From Vicugna vicugna (lineage: Eukaryota), in assembly GCA_013265495.1 (NCBI GenBank), contig MU057521.1, forward strand, positions 868,001-932,000: a stretch of 64,000 nt of DNA, given 5' to 3'. A program made the position numbers and the translations under genes. This document shows, piece after piece, positions 62,569 to 64,000 of this stretch; within the stretch, counting starts at the first letter, position 1, and each line of letters starts with the position of its first letter. Under the pieces are notes generated by a model, which was not told where the DNA came from, made no database searches, and saw nothing but the letters and a program-made list of their open reading frames with translations.

Positions 62569-62779
62569 CTGGGGAATCCCTGGATGGGACAAAAACAGGA
62601 GCCGAAAGGGAGGTCTCTGAAACCTCTACCACGGATTTAAATGGCAGCCAAACCAACACATGGTGTCTTAAATAGCTGTCCAGCCCACCCACTTCTCTGA
62701 ACTAGGCCTTCATGCCTTCTCGATTCCAGAATGGTCTCCTAACTCTATTCATCCACCAATGGATCAGGGAAACCCCAAC

Positions 62780-63050
62780 AGCAACAGAGTCACATTTGTT
62801 GAGAACTGTGTTCTTGACACTGAAGCAGTTTGCATAATATGTAAAAGTGCATGCAGAATCCTAATGAGGATCCTCATCCTCCATTAACCTAATCCTTACA
62901 AGGGTCCCCTGTGGGGTGTGGTACTATAAACCCCATTCTGGGTTGTGGGGAGACTCCAGTCCAGGGAAGTTAAGTAACCAGCCTGAGGCCACACAGCTGG
63001 AAACTGAACTCAGGTCTAGCAGACTCTTCACTCTACACTGTATTGCCTAG
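62780..63050 (-). mobile_element. MIR SINE
   Basis: CTAATCCTTACAA..CCCCATTCT..GAAGTTAAGTAACCAGCCTGAGGCCACACAGCT..TGAACTCAGGTCT. Confidence 0.75.
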
Positions 63051-63549
63051 GGGGGAACCACAGTTCAGGGCTCAAAGGAGAAAGCAGAGCCCTGAAATAA
63101 ACAGCACACATCTTGAACAGTCCTTTCAAACTGGGAAGAAGAGACATCACCTATATTTCTCAATGGAGACACTGGAATCTGAGATTTGCCTCAGGTCCCG
63201 ATGTGAGGCAGAACTTGGACCAGAAGCACCACCTTCTACACTTTCTCTTCCCTCACCAACCACTGCTCCTTCCTTCTCCACCTGGACTGTGTGTAGAGCC
63301 CAATGGATCCAGGTCCCAGCCAGCTGCTGACAAGTCAGATCTCCTGGCGTGATCCAAGGCTGACATGCGCAGGCTGGGATACCCAGTGTGTTATCAGTAA
63401 CTCTCCCAAGGGTGCAGTGAAGAGTTAATGTTTATAAAGTGCTGTGAAAGCCTCTGATAAAAGACGTTAAGTGGCATTAATAGAACACATTCTGCAGGCC
63501 CCACGTTTCACTTGGCTTGATAGATACGCGTCCCTTGTGTGCACTAGGT

Positions 63550-63960
63550 GGACTCTGCTTCCGATGAATTGAGCTCATTAATTAAGATCCCGCCTGCAGT
63601 TTATTGTGAAGGATGCTTGGTTATTAACGTAATTAGGACCCTGAGCCAACCCCCAGACTATCTCACTATACACATGGCGGGGGAGGCGGACTGTCTCCTT
63701 GAACCCATTGTCCTCATAGTTGCTAAATTCAAGCCCATTATCTTGCACCAACAGGCAGCCAAGGCTCTAATAAAATAAGAGGATCGCTGATTTCAACAGA
63801 GCTTTCTTAGACGACTGGCGTGTAAGCACAATAGTGATAAATGCACTGCTTAATAGTGCTCCCCTATTTCCAGACATGAGCTCAATTCTGCACCTGTAAC
63901 AACCTCTAGACATCATTTCCACTCAACATCTAATCGACAATTTAAAGCAAAATCAAGCTT
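63550..63960. promoter_or_regulatory. Candidate enhancer (homeobox/SOX/posterior HOX motif cluster)
   Basis: No recognisable repeat. TTAATTAA, TTTATTG, TAATTA, CATTGT and CTAATAAAA within about 200 bp. Motif evidence only. Confidence 0.4.
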
Positions 63961-64000
63961 CTTTACCCACTTGCAATCAAGGGGCTACTTCCCTTAGCCA

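Noticed and set aside
1..64000. Protein-coding genes among the listed ORFs
   Set aside because: All are 200 aa or shorter, many overlap LTR/L1/L2 remnants, none resembles a protein family I recognise, and no consistent exon chain is visible.

Overview
Mammalian (eutherian) non-coding DNA, most likely camelid: the youngest LINE-1 3' ends (5633-5789, 29776-30335, 47788-48054) resemble camel/alpaca L1 tails as I recall them. I can support no protein-coding exon, RNA gene, CpG island or CRISPR array. The ORF track consists of short chance ORFs or translations of decayed repeats. The window is an intergenic or deep-intronic patchwork of old interspersed repeats: about 19 solo LTRs or LTR fragments (mostly MaLR MLT1, plus MLT2, LTR16, LTR33 and two ERV1-type), L1 fragments of several ages, L2, MIR and DNA-transposon remnants (MER58, MER82). 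Family names come from recalled consensus motifs, not a database search, and most boundaries are approximate. I did not find a novel biological system. The best second-look items are a perfect 21-bp foldback inversion inside an L1, a near-identical 98/94-bp tandem duplication, an MLT1C with its 5' part in inverted orientation, and several repeat-free, motif-dense candidate enhancers (PBX-MEIS decamer at 40867; homeobox/SOX cluster bracketed by a 13-bp inverted repeat at 63566-63888; RFX X-box at 12898).
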